A DNA stretch of 64,000 nucleotides from Terriglobia bacterium (GTDB lineage: Bacteria; Acidobacteriota; Terriglobia; JAJPHL01; JAPKYU01): the NCBI GenBank assembly GCA_965206645.1, contig CBDBKE010000004.1:2048001-2112000 (forward strand). Reading direction: 5' to 3'. Position 1 is the stretch's first letter; the number at the start of each line of letters is the position of its first letter. Both the position numbers and the translations under genes were made by a program. This document shows positions 17,252 to 28,274 of the stretch, piece by piece. The notes beneath the pieces are model-generated. The model saw only the letters and a program-made list of their open reading frames with translations. It did no database searches and was not told the DNA's origin.

Positions 17252-19597
17252 CTACTTCCGGCTCTGCTCCGGGAGCTTATCCGCTTTCTTCTTCTTTTTC
17301 TGCGTCTTCAAGGACTGCTGGATTACGTCATTCACCGGTCGCTCATATAGGTTCTCTTTGAACATGTTGAGGGTATTGCCGCTCGGCAGGATGCGGCGAA
17401 GGCGTCTGTCCTGTTTGCGCATGAGCTTGGTGCGTTCCTTGACATTCTTGCCCTCGTGCCAGAGCGCTAACTGGAGGTCGACGGGCAAGTCCTCCTGAAT
17501 TCGTCTCAGCATGAAGTCAAATGTCTCGCCCTCGCCGATATCGATGTGCGCGACGTTAAGGAAAAATAACGCATACGCCTTCGTCTCGTCCTCCAGCGAT
17601 GAGTCGTCGATTCGCAGCGCCGCATCCTCAAAGGCCTTGGCGAAGAACGGATACGAGTAGCCTTCCCTGATGAACATCTGGAGGAGGTAGAGCAAGTGCA
17701 TCTGCGGTAGGTTACTGAACCACATCTCCGAGCCTTGCTTGACAATCTTTTGATAGAGCTCCGCCGCCGTCACTGCTACGTTCCGTACGCCTTCCGCAAC
17801 CACCTGGTACGGCGTCGTATACGCCGCCAATAGGTAATTGGAGACGCTCACAATCTTCAGCCATTCTTCCAGTTCAGAACCGGTCGGCATCTTGAATATC
17901 GCCTGGAGATCGTTGGGACAGTCCTTGCGCAGCCCGAGATAGAAAAAGAACGTGTTCATCCAGTAAACGTTGAACACCCGGCTATCGACGACGAGCGACT
18001 GGTCCTGGATAAAGGACTTGGCGTAGAAAAACTCCGTGAAACTCCGGTGCTTGAACCCGAGTGTTTGGGAATTGCTATCCAAGAGGACGATTTCGCAACG
18101 GTTGACCATCTTGTTGAATAGTTGGTCCGCATCTATTTCGAGGTTGCGCTGGTCCAGGTAGTCATTGAACGCGTCCTTGACCTCATCCACTGATATGAAT
18201 AGCCGTTGTTCGTCAATCATCTGCCGGGCCAGCCGCATCAGGATGTTGTCGAGCGCTTGGTATTCTTTCTGCGACTGGAGACCCTTCTTTTCATCCCACC
18301 TGCCAAGCATCAGCTCCGAATACTTCGCATATAGCTCCGTCATGTTTGACGGTATTTCCTGCTGGCTTTCGTTCAGCAGACGCGCCAGGAGGATGGCCAA
18401 CATCGGGCTCCGGGGCAGGTCCCGAAAGAGGGCTGACTTCTTGAGATCTTCGAGGATACGGTCCGTAATATTGACCTTCGCGCAAATCTTGGTGATGATT
18501 TCTATGGTGCGCTGCATCGAGAGGTGATGCAGCTCGCAGCGGGAAATGTCCGGCTGCAAGACATCGCTCCGCTCGACGCCTTGAAGGAACCGGCTCGTCA
18601 CCACGACGCGAATATGGTTCTCTTCCGACGCTTGGCTGAAGAGTGCGTTGAGCTCGTCGGCTTGGCAGTTGATCTCCATCCGCCGCTCGTCGAAGGCGTC
18701 AATCAGAACCAGGTATTCGCTATCGCGGCATGCCTCCCTGACCGCCACTGGCACCCGCTGCTCAATGAGCTTCTTCAGGTCGCCTGAGTGTTTCTCCATC
18801 AGCTCCGTGTAGCTGACGCTAAGCGGAATTACCTTGGTCTTGCTGAAGTCCTCCGGGGTAGTGGCTCTGGCGATTAGCCGCCAGAGCAATTTCGATTTCC
18901 CGGAACCGACGCTGCCCTCAATGAGAATGCAGCGGTGTGACTCAGCAACGTGGTCGACATCGACCTTCTCCGGCAGGAGACGGCCCTTCCTCTTATAGCG
19001 GTATTCTATGTCGGGAATGTGATACAGGTCCTGCTTAACGTAGAAGGACTTGTCAGACATCTGCAATAGGCTGACGCTCTTGTCATGCTCTTCTGTCCGT
19101 ACCCGCAAGTCCTGCAGATAGTCACCGACGACAATCGGCAGCCCCGACCAAGCCAGAGGCGCATAACGGTCGACCAGCTTTTCAAGGGCGGCACCATCGA
19201 TAAACTCAATCTTCCGAGTGCTGTATTTTTCGAAGATCTTTGCCTTGGCGCCCTGCGTTATGTGCTTAGTGGCGACGACCCATATTTCGGTAATGCGGAT
19301 CTTCTGTTTGCCACCTTGAAAATACCGGGGCAATTTGCACTCATAGATCTGGCCCTCAATGTCCGCGAAGTCCTGGACGATCCTGCCGACCTTGGCGATG
19401 ACGCCGATATACTCAATGTCGCCGAAGATATCTTTGGTCCGGCTGATAACAAAATCAGCACCCATCTCGCCGCCGCCGTGGTGGTACTCCACGTTTTGGA
19501 CCCTCGGGAGCTTCGGCAGCACCGCGTTGAGCAGCGGATGGAGGTCCTTGATCTCCCGCTTAATCGAATCGAGCTTTTCGTTAGCAATTTGCGCCAT
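17252..19597 (-). CDS. Restriction-endonuclease-like domain fused to NACHT/STAND NTPase (candidate defence protein)
   Basis: N-terminal EMGADFV..IAK nuclease-like motif; Walker A GSVGSGKS; Walker B LVLIDAFDE; FKHRSFTEFFYA winged helix; start chosen at MAQIANEK. Confidence 0.82.
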   Translation of the reverse strand: MAQIANEKLDSIKREIKDLHPLLNAVLPKLPRVQNVEYHHGGGEMGADFVISRTKDIFGDIEYIGVIAKVGRIVQDFADIEGQIYECKLPRYFQGGKQKIRITEIWVVATKHITQGAKAKIFEKYSTRKIEFIDGAALEKLVDRYAPLAWSGLPIVVGDYLQDLRVRTEEHDKSVSLLQMSDKSFYVKQDLYHIPDIEYRYKRKGRLLPEKVDVDHVAESHRCILIEGSVGSGKSKLLWRLIARATTPEDFSKTKVIPLSVSYTELMEKHSGDLKKLIEQRVPVAVREACRDSEYLVLIDAFDERRMEINCQADELNALFSQASEENHIRVVVTSRFLQGVERSDVLQPDISRCELHHLSMQRTIEIITKICAKVNITDRILEDLKKSALFRDLPRSPMLAILLARLLNESQQEIPSNMTELYAKYSELMLGRWDEKKGLQSQKEYQALDNILMRLARQMIDEQRLFISVDEVKDAFNDYLDQRNLEIDADQLFNKMVNRCEIVLLDSNSQTLGFKHRSFTEFFYAKSFIQDQSLVVDSRVFNVYWMNTFFFYLGLRKDCPNDLQAIFKMPTGSELEEWLKIVSVSNYLLAAYTTPYQVVAEGVRNVAVTAAELYQKIVKQGSEMWFSNLPQMHLLYLLQMFIREGYSYPFFAKAFEDAALRIDDSSLEDETKAYALFFLNVAHIDIGEGETFDFMLRRIQEDLPVDLQLALWHEGKNVKERTKLMRKQDRRLRRILPSGNTLNMFKENLYERPVNDVIQQSLKTQKKKKKADKLPEQSRK

Positions 19598-19689
19598 GTG
19601 TATCGCCCCCAATTTTCTGGTCAGAGTGAACTCACTATAATCAAGCCGCCGACTCAAGTGCAAGACGTTGTTGATCCTGAACCGAGGAT

Positions 19690-20080
19690 TGAAAGTCGAT
19701 GCGCTCGGCGTCGATGTGGACGACATCCTTCACATGGTCTTTCGTCCGCCGGACTCGCCGGAAGTGACGGCGCTCCGAGAGGAGTTGGTAGAACTGAAAC
19801 ATACTCGCACCGACCGGGATTTGTTGGATCTCGCAATAGCCGCATCCTACAACGGGCAGGCTGATTGGCTTGAAACCGTAATCAGGAAAGACCGTGCATC
19901 GAAATTCGCTTGGCAACGCCACCGCGCTACGGTCCTCGCGGGCTTCACTGCGAACAACGAATTGCCCGTCGCCGGTGCCTGGCCTGACGGCGAGATTAAA
20001 ACCAATCATGCCGGACTTTTCCATCGATCAGCCCGCTATAGGTGGCGAGAGGCGTGCGCTCGTCATTGGTGCCGGGTTTT
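19690..20080 (+). pseudogene. Internal fragment of an unknown protein, cut by IS5
   Basis: Protein-like open frame with no good start, ending at the IS terminus. Confidence 0.4.
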
Positions 20081-21142
20081 GGCGTTGTTGCAGAAATCTG
20101 ACTCCATCCCCAACGCTCTCGCCCCTGATAGGCTAGGGGAGGGGCAAAAGCGACTACACCTTCCGATATAAGGTTCGCAACTGGCCGGAGTACAACCGGG
20201 CTCTGGTGAAACGTGGGCAGCTGACACTGTGGTTCGACACGGAGGCAGTCGCTGCCTGGCGTCATCCAGGACCCTTCGGAGGGCGAGGCCGGCCCAAGGT
20301 CTACGCAGATGCGGCGATCCAATGTGCGCTGGTCCTGAATTCGGTGTTTCACCTCAACCTACGGACCACTGAAGGGTTCCTTCAATCCATCGTGGCGCTC
20401 ATGGCTCTCGACCTCCCAGTGCCCAACTACAGCACGGTGAGCCGAAGGCAAAGCGCCGTCGACGTCCGACTGAGTGTAGGGCCCACGGATCGACCACGAC
20501 ATGTCGTCATCGATTCGACGGGCCTGAAGATCTACGGAGCCGGTGAGTGGCACATCAGAAAACACCGAACCCTCCGCCGTAGGACATGGCGAAAGCTCCA
20601 CCTAGGCGTCGATGAGACGACGAAAGAGATCGTTGCGATGGACCTGACTGCGAGCAACGTCCACGACGCCCGAAGGCTCTCTTCGTTGCTGTCTAAGACT
20701 CCTGGTTCGATCGGGCAAGTCTCCGCAGACCGGGCCTACGACACGGGTTCCTGCTACGAGGCCGTGCTCCAGCACGACGCTATCGTGACGATCTTGCCGC
20801 GACGCAATGCACGATGCAGCCGAGACTCTCATCCGCCTCCGTGGCGTGCGATGCGTGATACCAATCTCCGGCGTATTAGGACGCAGGGCCGTTATGAGTG
20901 GCGGAAGTCGAGTGGCTGCACTCGCCAGAGCGTGGCGGAGAATGCGGTCTCACGGTACAAGGCGATACTCGGGGTAAGCCTCTCGGCCCGCACGGTCAAG
21001 AACCAAAAAGTCGAAGCCGCGATCAAGTGCGCTGTGCTGAACCGGATGGCGGAGCTTGGAATGCCACGATCGGAGCGCGTGTACTGAGGCGGATGAGCTT
21101 CTCCGCCCGGTTCGCCGCGAGCGCGAATTACGCAACAACGCC
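20081..21142 (+). mobile_element. IS5-family (IS903-like) element, frameshifted near 5' end
   Basis: TIR GGCGTTGTTGC; IDSTGLK, RRTWRKLHLGVD, ADRAYD in 20206-21087. Confidence 0.9.
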
Positions 21143-21212
21143 CTGCAGCCGTACCAGTGCCGAATGAAAATCCGAGCTCTAACAACTTTCTTCGTGTTTC
21201 TTCGTGTCAATT

Positions 21213-21340
21213 ATGCCATTCCGCTTCGTTCACACCGCCGATATTCACCTTGACTCCCCGCTGCGATCTCTCGCCCTTCGAGATTCCGCACTTGCCGAAT
21301 TAATTGGTGGCGCGACCCGCCTCGCCTTCGAGCAGACCAT
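21213..21340 (+). pseudogene. SbcD/Mre11-like metallophosphoesterase N-terminal remnant
   Basis: MPFRFVHTADIHLDSPLRSL. Confidence 0.75.
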
Positions 21341-21664
21341 AGCGCATAAACGCGTTTTAGCAATTCACCAGGGACAAGCGTCAGCGTCGAGCAACCGCCA
21401 GTGTCAGCGGTCCGTCTATCGAAGAACTGGAAGAGTTTGCGGAGAATGAGGAAGCCGCTTAGTCGTCGAGAGTGTATGGCTATTTCAAAATGCGAGCGTT
21501 GTGGTAGGCCGCGTGGCGCGAACGTTAAGCCACCGGGCTACGCCGATGATCAAAACTGATCTCAGTTTGTGCGCGTGCGGTGCGATAGCCTCATGTTACG
21601 GGCGGGTCCCTATGCTCCGTACTCAGCGTTCCCACCCGCGAGAATCGTCCTGTCTTGATCGGGA

Positions 21665-22230
21665 CTATTCGCTCGACTCCATAGTGAATTGCTCAACTGC
21701 TTCAAGCGTCTCCCGCACATCGTCCCATGTCGTGTTGTGGTTCACGATACACAGCCGCAGGACGAATTGCTTGTTGACCATAGTGGACGACAGGAATGCC
21801 CGCTCGCCCCAGAACACGCGTGCCAGCACCTTGCGGTTCAGGTCGGCCAGGGTGTCCTCGCCGACGCCGCCGGGGTTGACACGGAAGCACACCATGCTAA
21901 GTAACACTGATAGCAGCTCCAGTTTCGGGCTCCGTCTGGCGTACTCCGCAGCTTGGGCGGCCAAGTCGAGCCCGTTCTCGATTGCCGCACGAAACGCCGC
22001 CATCCCGAAAGTCTGAATCGACATCCAGATCTTTAGCGCGCGGAAACTGCGACTCAGTTGGATGCCCTGGTCCGCCAGGTTGGTGTGCTTCGCGCCCCAC
22101 ACCGAATCCTGCAGCACATCGTGCTGAATCGAGAAGGCGCGTTCAAGGGTGTTGACGTCGCGGACCAGGATGCAACCGGCCTCGTACGGCTGGAACAGCC
22201 ACTTGTGTGGGTCGACGTTGAGGGAGTCGT
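21665..22230 (-). pseudogene. PLP-dependent group II amino-acid decarboxylase, C-terminal remnant
   Basis: DSLNVDPHKWLFQPY, LSRSFRALKIW. Confidence 0.85.
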
Positions 22231-22555
22231 GTGTCCAGAGCCCAGAAAAAGGGAAAAATGGAGCCAACGCAAAGCCCCATAGGTCTATGAAAGCTGCTGA
22301 AAGGTTCCCAGGAACAGAGAATCTTTATTTTTTCTGCCTTTTTCAGCAACCTGCTAGTACCACATCAGGCACCCACCTCGCACTGCTTTCATGCCCCTGG
22401 AATAGCCCGGCCCGCTACAATTGGCCCCATGATTACCGTGGCCCTACTGGTGGCGTCCGTGGCTCTGCTAGCTGCACTGCTGGACACACCCAGAAGAGTC
22501 TAGGGGCAATCCTTCAGCACCCTTTCCAGCGCATCCCGTTCCCGACGGTCAACCG

Positions 22556-22810
22556 TCAGTCCGTACTTGCGCTTGACCTTGACCACGTGCTGGCAAACCA
22601 GCAGCGGTTGATGTTGGGCATCCAGCCCGTGGCATCCTTGCCACGTTTGATCTGACGACTGACACTGAGGCTTGCCAGGGTGAAGTTCAGTAGGTCGTGG
22701 CTGAACCGGCGGCGCGTCTCCATTTCGGCATCGCGCAGGCCGGAATCACGCACCTCGCTCAGGGCGACGATGTGCTCGATGTCGGTCTTCTTCAGGCTGT
22801 CAAACGTCCG
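22556..22810 (-). pseudogene. HNH/DUF1524-like nuclease remnant
   Basis: TDIEHIVALSE...FSHDLLN...KDATGWMP. Confidence 0.55.
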
Positions 22811-23089
22811 TCCGGACCGATCGGTAGGAACCGATCGGCCAAGCCCAAGGCAACCCCTACCGTTTCAGGGAATGCCTGCAGTCTGAAAAAGTATTAGGAG
22901 CCAGGTGGGTTGGAGGCGGCACATAGACCAGACAATTCCACTTCCCGACGCAATCATTATACGAGTACGAGGTAACCCCGGCGGGGTGGGGCACGTCCCA
23001 CGTTTGACACTGTAGGGGGGCACCTGCCCGCGCCGGTCGCGGGACCGCGCGAGGGGTTTCAGGGAGACAAAGGCCCAAAGGAAGGTGCA

Positions 23090-24379
23090 ATGCGAAGGCT
23101 AGTTTCTGCATTGGTCCTTGTGGGTTGGTTCACTGGCCCAGCGTTGGCCCAGGATTTCTTGATTTCTCCGGACAACTCCAAGGGTGTAAAGCTGCAACGC
23201 CGGGCAGGTCCGTCAGCAGGGAGCGAGCCCGCAGACAGGGGAAACGAGCCTGCAGACAGTTGGAAGAATCTGAGGCAGTTGCCGGTGTGGAAGAAGATTC
23301 GGATGGTGGATGCAAGTTTCAAGAGATTCAAGGGCCAATTAGTAAAGGTCTCGGAAAATGCCCTGACGCTTAGATCAAGAACGAACGGGCGTACAGAACT
23401 ACTGACCTTTCCGCGATATGAAATCCGTACGGTGAGCATTAGGAATTCCAAGGCCAAGCGGATCTTGTTACTGGCTCTGGCAGGCGCATTGCAGGGCGCG
23501 ACGGCAGCAATGAACACCGAACGGGCTGGATCTTTCTGCAAATTCCCTGATGACAAGCGCCCCTCCGCTAAACAGGTTGCCGTCGGTGCCGGGGTCGGAG
23601 CGGCGGCGATGGCCTTAACCGGTGCGTTTTCGGATTCATCCGAAGAGCTAGTCTACTTCCAGGATTCCTCCACCCTCGAGAAGTTGGCTGCCGAGGCCAA
23701 GATCTCCCCTTGGCGCCCGGCGGCGGCTCCCACTGCTTTTTTGCCGGTCAGCAGCGAGATTCGGCGTCAACTGATGGGGGGGAGAGTTGGACGCGACGTG
23801 ATTTCGATCCAACTCGATCGCCCCGTCAACATTTCTGGAACCGCCCTGAACCCTGGCCGCTACCGGCTCGTGCTACTCAAACGCCACGGAAGTGCGGGCG
23901 ATCTGTACTTCTTCCCGAGCAAGCGAGTCAGGACCAAGCAGGTCATGGCGGTGGTGCCCGTCCAGGTGGCGCCTCAAGCGGAGGCTGAGAATGCTCCACG
24001 TGTCGCCTACGTGGATGAAGATGGAACCACACGCATCTCGGCGATTCGAGCCTCAGGAAAGGTAATGCGGTTTCAGCCTCCGGCACGGATGGGTAAGAAC
24101 CGTCAATCGGGTCCCGTAAGGCATATATTGACGGCGGTCGAACCCGGTTCGGGCAAGCCGGGCGAGACCGCCACCGCTTGGGGCGAAAACCTGGCTGACT
24201 CCAGTGTCGTCGCCGTCTTCCTTTCTGATACCAAATCCGACTACAAGGTGATGGTGCTCGAACAGACGCCTGAGAAAATCGTCTTCAAGGTACCCTCGGT
24301 GGAGCCGGCCAGCTATAACGTCTCCCTGCAAGTGCGCAGCAATATTTATATTCACCCCGTTCGCTTCAAGATAGAGTAG
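23090..24379 (+). CDS. Exported hypothetical protein with C-terminal IPT/TIG-like domain
   Basis: Signal peptide; AVEPGSGKPGETATAWGENL. Confidence 0.7.
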   Translation: MRRLVSALVLVGWFTGPALAQDFLISPDNSKGVKLQRRAGPSAGSEPADRGNEPADSWKNLRQLPVWKKIRMVDASFKRFKGQLVKVSENALTLRSRTNGRTELLTFPRYEIRTVSIRNSKAKRILLLALAGALQGATAAMNTERAGSFCKFPDDKRPSAKQVAVGAGVGAAAMALTGAFSDSSEELVYFQDSSTLEKLAAEAKISPWRPAAAPTAFLPVSSEIRRQLMGGRVGRDVISIQLDRPVNISGTALNPGRYRLVLLKRHGSAGDLYFFPSKRVRTKQVMAVVPVQVAPQAEAENAPRVAYVDEDGTTRISAIRASGKVMRFQPPARMGKNRQSGPVRHILTAVEPGSGKPGETATAWGENLADSSVVAVFLSDTKSDYKVMVLEQTPEKIVFKVPSVEPASYNVSLQVRSNIYIHPVRFKIE

Positions 24380-24539
24380 GCCGACTCTGGAAGGTGTGGA
24401 GGGTTCTGTCTACGTTTTTACAAAGGCCCAAGAAACGATTGCTGGTCGGAGGCGAAATTGCCTTTGGTTGGGTCCTAGGTCAGAAAAACGGTCTCGGCCC
24501 CGAAGGCCGGTCGGCTCGCCCCGCCACTCCCCGGTGCTT

Positions 24540-24660
24540 GTACCGGCGATACCAGCCGCAGGATCTGCTGCGCGGGGGACTCCCAACTCCCGCAGTGTCG
24601 CCGGCACCGACAACTCCGAGTCTTCGACCAGCCGGATTGTTTCCAGCTTTTCGGCCTCCT
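24540..24660 (-). pseudogene. IS481/IS3-type transposase N-terminal remnant
   Basis: AEKLETIRLVEDSELSVPATLRELGVPR. Confidence 0.55.
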
Positions 24661-25040
24661 CAGGACTGGAGTCCGATAAGCAGGAGGAACGCGGCATCCT
24701 CCGCGGCCGAAACCCGGTGCTTTTCGCCTTGTCCGATGAATAGCGTCCGGCCCGAGCCCAGCGTGAGAGATTGACGGTTCTTGAGTCCCTCGACAGTGAC
24801 TGCCCCGGTGACCGGCACGATGACGACGGGGCCCGGCGCCGCGTGTTCGTGAATCTCTCCCCCCGCCCGGACGGCGGTGAGTACGGCCGTCATTCCTTTG
24901 CCCTTCGCCAGCGTGCGCGCCGAGCGGCCGTTGCGGGCGAGCTCTTCGGAGCCCAGCAAGTCGTGAGCGACCGCCGCCACGTCGAGAGATTCGAGCGTGA
25001 TGGCTCCGAAGTCAAGCGGTGCGTCCCGTTGCGTGGCCAT
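24660..25040 (-). CDS. Cupin-domain protein
   Basis: EIHEHAAPG...KHRVSAAEDAAFLL. Confidence 0.85.
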   Translation of the reverse strand: MATQRDAPLDFGAITLESLDVAAVAHDLLGSEELARNGRSARTLAKGKGMTAVLTAVRAGGEIHEHAAPGPVVIVPVTGAVTVEGLKNRQSLTLGSGRTLFIGQGEKHRVSAAEDAAFLLLIGLQS

Positions 25041-25187
25041 CGATTTACTCCATTCTTGAGCCGGTGAACCGTCCCGGGTTGACCAGGCCGAAGTTTTGCA
25101 CCAATCGTTGCGAGAGAGTTTACATTACTGTACGTCGTCAGAGTAATTTGGACAGAAGTACGCCTTTTCTAAGAGACGGTTTTCAAG

Positions 25188-25392
25188 TTATAGCACTCCA
25201 GTCCTGAGATTGGCAATCCGGCGGTGAGCCAGAGTTCGCTGTTTGATCCTCTCCCTACGGGAGAGGATTTCCTGCTGACGGCCAAAGAACACATCCGCCG
25301 GGGTTACGTTGTTGAGCGATTCGTGATATCGGCGGTGGTTGTAGTGCTCGACGAAGCTGGAGATGGCGCCTTGGAGCTCCCACGGATAATAG
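25188..25392 (-). pseudogene. IS481/IS3-type transposase C-terminal remnant cut by the MITE
   Basis: FVEHYNHRRYHESLNNVTPADVFFGR. Confidence 0.75.
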
Positions 25393-25523
25393 GGTACTGT
25401 CAAGTTAAGCAGTTTGGCGGCATTCTCGCCGCCCGCCGCCACCGCTAAGTCATTGATTCTCAGTCTCTGATCCAGCAGAATCCTTCCGCAAAACGGGCAG
25501 ATTCTGCTCAACTTGACAGTACC
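25393..25523 (+). mobile_element. 131-bp MITE copy 2
   Basis: One mismatch to copy 1. Confidence 0.9.
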
Positions 25524-25636
25524 ATCCGCCGCCCACCGGAGATGATGTTCCCTGACGGGTTCAATATGCCAACTAACCAAGGACCACGCTAGCTGTTGGG
25601 CTCCCTAAAGGAATTGCCATTCATACCCATCTCCGG

Positions 25637-26461
25637 CTACGGGCTTACCGGAAGTGCCGGATGTCTAGGATCTTCCCACAGTGCGTAGAAGCATTTGGGC
25701 AGCTTCGGTGGTGGCGGTGTAGTTTGAAATCGGCTCACCATTACGATTTTGCTCCACTGTTCTCTGCCGTCTCCTTCTTGCACTCTCACTTTGATTGTTG
25801 CCCGCTCATCTCCTCCCAACACTCTAATGGGCGCTCTGAGAATTTCATCATCAAAGACCAACCACCACCGTCCATATTTCCTTGACCGTTTGCCCCGTCG
25901 AATCTTGTTGGTTTTCTCCCCCACACAAGCAACGATCCGCTCGGCCAGTATTGGCCCGACCAAATAGCCTCTGTCCACACTAAGCCCCGAGAAGCTTCCT
26001 TCGTTGCTCGCCGGTACCAAATTCAAATACACTCCGCATCCTCGCATCCTCCCTGGAGACAATAACTGAAAGTTCCCTCCTGCTCCCGGGGTTCGGAGTG
26101 CTTGTCGGACTTTTCCCTTCCATCCTTCGCAATCAGATCTTGGCGGTCGGGGCTCTCTGGGGTCGTACTCACAGCGCGAGTGCCATCTCGGGGCGTTCAC
26201 CTCTTCCATCGACACCTCTTCGATCAAGTGCCTAAGCTTCCGCTCGAAGGCACATTCTTCTGTTTTGCTCCATCCTTCAGAATCATGCAAGAGAGTTACT
26301 TCCACTGCAATTTCTTCATCCGCGTACTTCATTAAAAAGTCAGGAGGACCACCTCCTTCTTCGTCACCGACATACCGAATCTCCGTTGCCCCGATTTGTT
26401 TGAGCCATTCCTTTATCGAAACTTCGCTTCCTCTTGGGCCTTCCTGTTGTTTTCCTGCCAT
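25637..26461 (-). CDS. Hypothetical protein with PD-(D/E)xK-like motif
   Basis: PPDF...IAVEVT. Confidence 0.6.
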   Translation of the reverse strand: MAGKQQEGPRGSEVSIKEWLKQIGATEIRYVGDEEGGGPPDFLMKYADEEIAVEVTLLHDSEGWSKTEECAFERKLRHLIEEVSMEEVNAPRWHSRCEYDPREPRPPRSDCEGWKGKVRQALRTPGAGGNFQLLSPGRMRGCGVYLNLVPASNEGSFSGLSVDRGYLVGPILAERIVACVGEKTNKIRRGKRSRKYGRWWLVFDDEILRAPIRVLGGDERATIKVRVQEGDGREQWSKIVMVSRFQTTPPPPKLPKCFYALWEDPRHPALPVSP

Positions 26462-26659
26462 CGTTCGCTTCCTGGTTCCTCCCAAAGAGACCGTCATTCT
26501 ACAACCTGAGAAGCAGCTTTATTGTCCTGTTTCACCACTTGTGAAGGTCCGCCGGTGCAATCTGTCTGGATTCTACGGCGCTCCGAACAATGGGGTGCCC
26601 CTGTCGTCCGGTTGGCAAGCTAACTTGCAGCCGGTCGGGCACTCAACTAAACTTTCGCC

Positions 26660-27247
26660 ATGAACATTTTTCAGTCGCTCAAGAATGATCGCGTGACGCT
26701 CGTCAAGAAGGACGGCCAACGGTTCGAGAATCTGCCCGCTTCAGTTCAGTCCGGTTTGATATTGACGGACAACACGAAAATCCCGATTGAGGATGGCGAC
26801 CAGTTTGAGCGACAACTGCCGAGCGGGATTGTTGACGTCTTCACGGTGGTGGACTCGGAGTTTCAGCAAAGTTTTCACGGCACTCCGCCGCACTATCAGT
26901 CGAAGGTGCGAAAGAACACCGCCGGGTCTCGACCAGCGGCGGGACCGCAAGTCGTCTACAACCTCATTGGCCCGAACGCACGCGTCAACATTCAATCATC
27001 GGACTCGTCCACAAATGTGGTCAGCGTCGAATCTGCCGTTCTGTTCGACAACTTGCGAGAAGTAATCCGAAAATCCTCGCTAGATTCCATCGTCGAGCGG
27101 CAGCTCATCCAAAACGTCAGCGCGATGCAATCGGCGGTCGGGACAAAGACGTTCGGCGAACGCTACAAGGAGTTTATCGCGGTAGCGGCTGACCACATGA
27201 CGCTCGTCGCTCCGTTCCTCCCGGCGTTGACACAACTGCTGCTGTAA
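26660..27247 (+). CDS. Hypothetical protein
   Basis: 195-aa ORF with an N/S-rich linker and helical C-terminus. Confidence 0.75.
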   Translation: MNIFQSLKNDRVTLVKKDGQRFENLPASVQSGLILTDNTKIPIEDGDQFERQLPSGIVDVFTVVDSEFQQSFHGTPPHYQSKVRKNTAGSRPAAGPQVVYNLIGPNARVNIQSSDSSTNVVSVESAVLFDNLREVIRKSSLDSIVERQLIQNVSAMQSAVGTKTFGERYKEFIAVAADHMTLVAPFLPALTQLLL

Positions 27248-27829
27248 GGGTAGCGGGCAGAAGTTGGCAGACTGGGCGGGGCAGGATTGACTCGACGGCG
27301 CGATTTACTTCGCATCTCGTTCTGACGCTGAGGCGCTCACCTACATCAAGGACATGCCGAAGTATGTGCTTGCCATTTTTCGGGCCGCTGTGGACGAGCA
27401 CTGCCAAGGCCAAGCGGTAGGCTCACTGAGGGGAGCTTGGTTTCCGGCGCCGACGGCTCCATGGTGAAGGTTCCGTCGTTTCCTCCGCAGGCGTCCAGGC
27501 GGTATTACTCGCAGACGTAGGGGCCGCCGGTCGGCTTAGGGTTCCACCATGCGCCGCCCGCCCGCTACCAAAGGGCGTCACGGATTCGGTTAATGTGACT
27601 TTGATCAGGGAAAATTATGGGTTACGCACTACCGGTTGCTGAAAGCTGCGAACAGACGACATGCAGTCGGCATGAGACTACCATCTTAGGTACAGCCCGA
27701 ATGGGTTTACGTTTCCATGTGCGCGCCGCCGACATCTGTTCATCAGTCTCCTTGACAGGCGTGTCAACCGTGGCACGTCGTGGGCAGCTGACTCACGAAG
27801 CTCGCTCCTCCAACAGTGTCACTCCCTCC

Positions 27830-27868
27830 TGACCTGCCCCTAGTTATTGGTCCACTTTTTATGTTAGT
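27830..27868. mobile_element. Solo IS3-type end
   Basis: TGACCTGCCCC..TGGTCCA, resembles the IS3 termini in this window. Confidence 0.5.
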
Positions 27869-28170
27869 CCATAAGCCGTTGCAGCCGGGTGGAGCGGAGC
27901 GGAACCCGGCGGTAACGGCAAGATCGTTTCCGGGGCTGGCGACCACTAAGGCCGAAAGGGAACCTTGGGATCTGTACTGTCGGATTCAGCATCATCGGCA
28001 CGGTCCTTACTGGCATCGGGATTGCGAGCGACATCTCCATCCGGGTATTAAGCTAATACGCATCGCGGCCCCTTCGCCGGGTCATTCCCGGAGCTTGCAT
28101 CCAGTTATGCGGCAGGGGGCAACGGTGGCCGGTTCGATCTCTTCTAGCTTTAAACGTAAAAAGGTCTTTT

Positions 28171-28236
28171 CCGGCTTCAGGATCGTCTCTGAGCGCCATT
28201 CGCGGATTCACAGGCACCGGAACACCCGCCGATCCG
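28171..28236. repeat. 66-bp direct repeat C copy 1
   Basis: Two mismatches to 29001-29066. Confidence 0.92.
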
Positions 28237-28274
28237 GCAGGGACACGCGAGCGACGCCGGGTGCACCGCCAGGC

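Noticed and set aside
21490-21530. GAACGTTAAGC as an attC right end
   Set aside because: No matching left box or convincing stem found.
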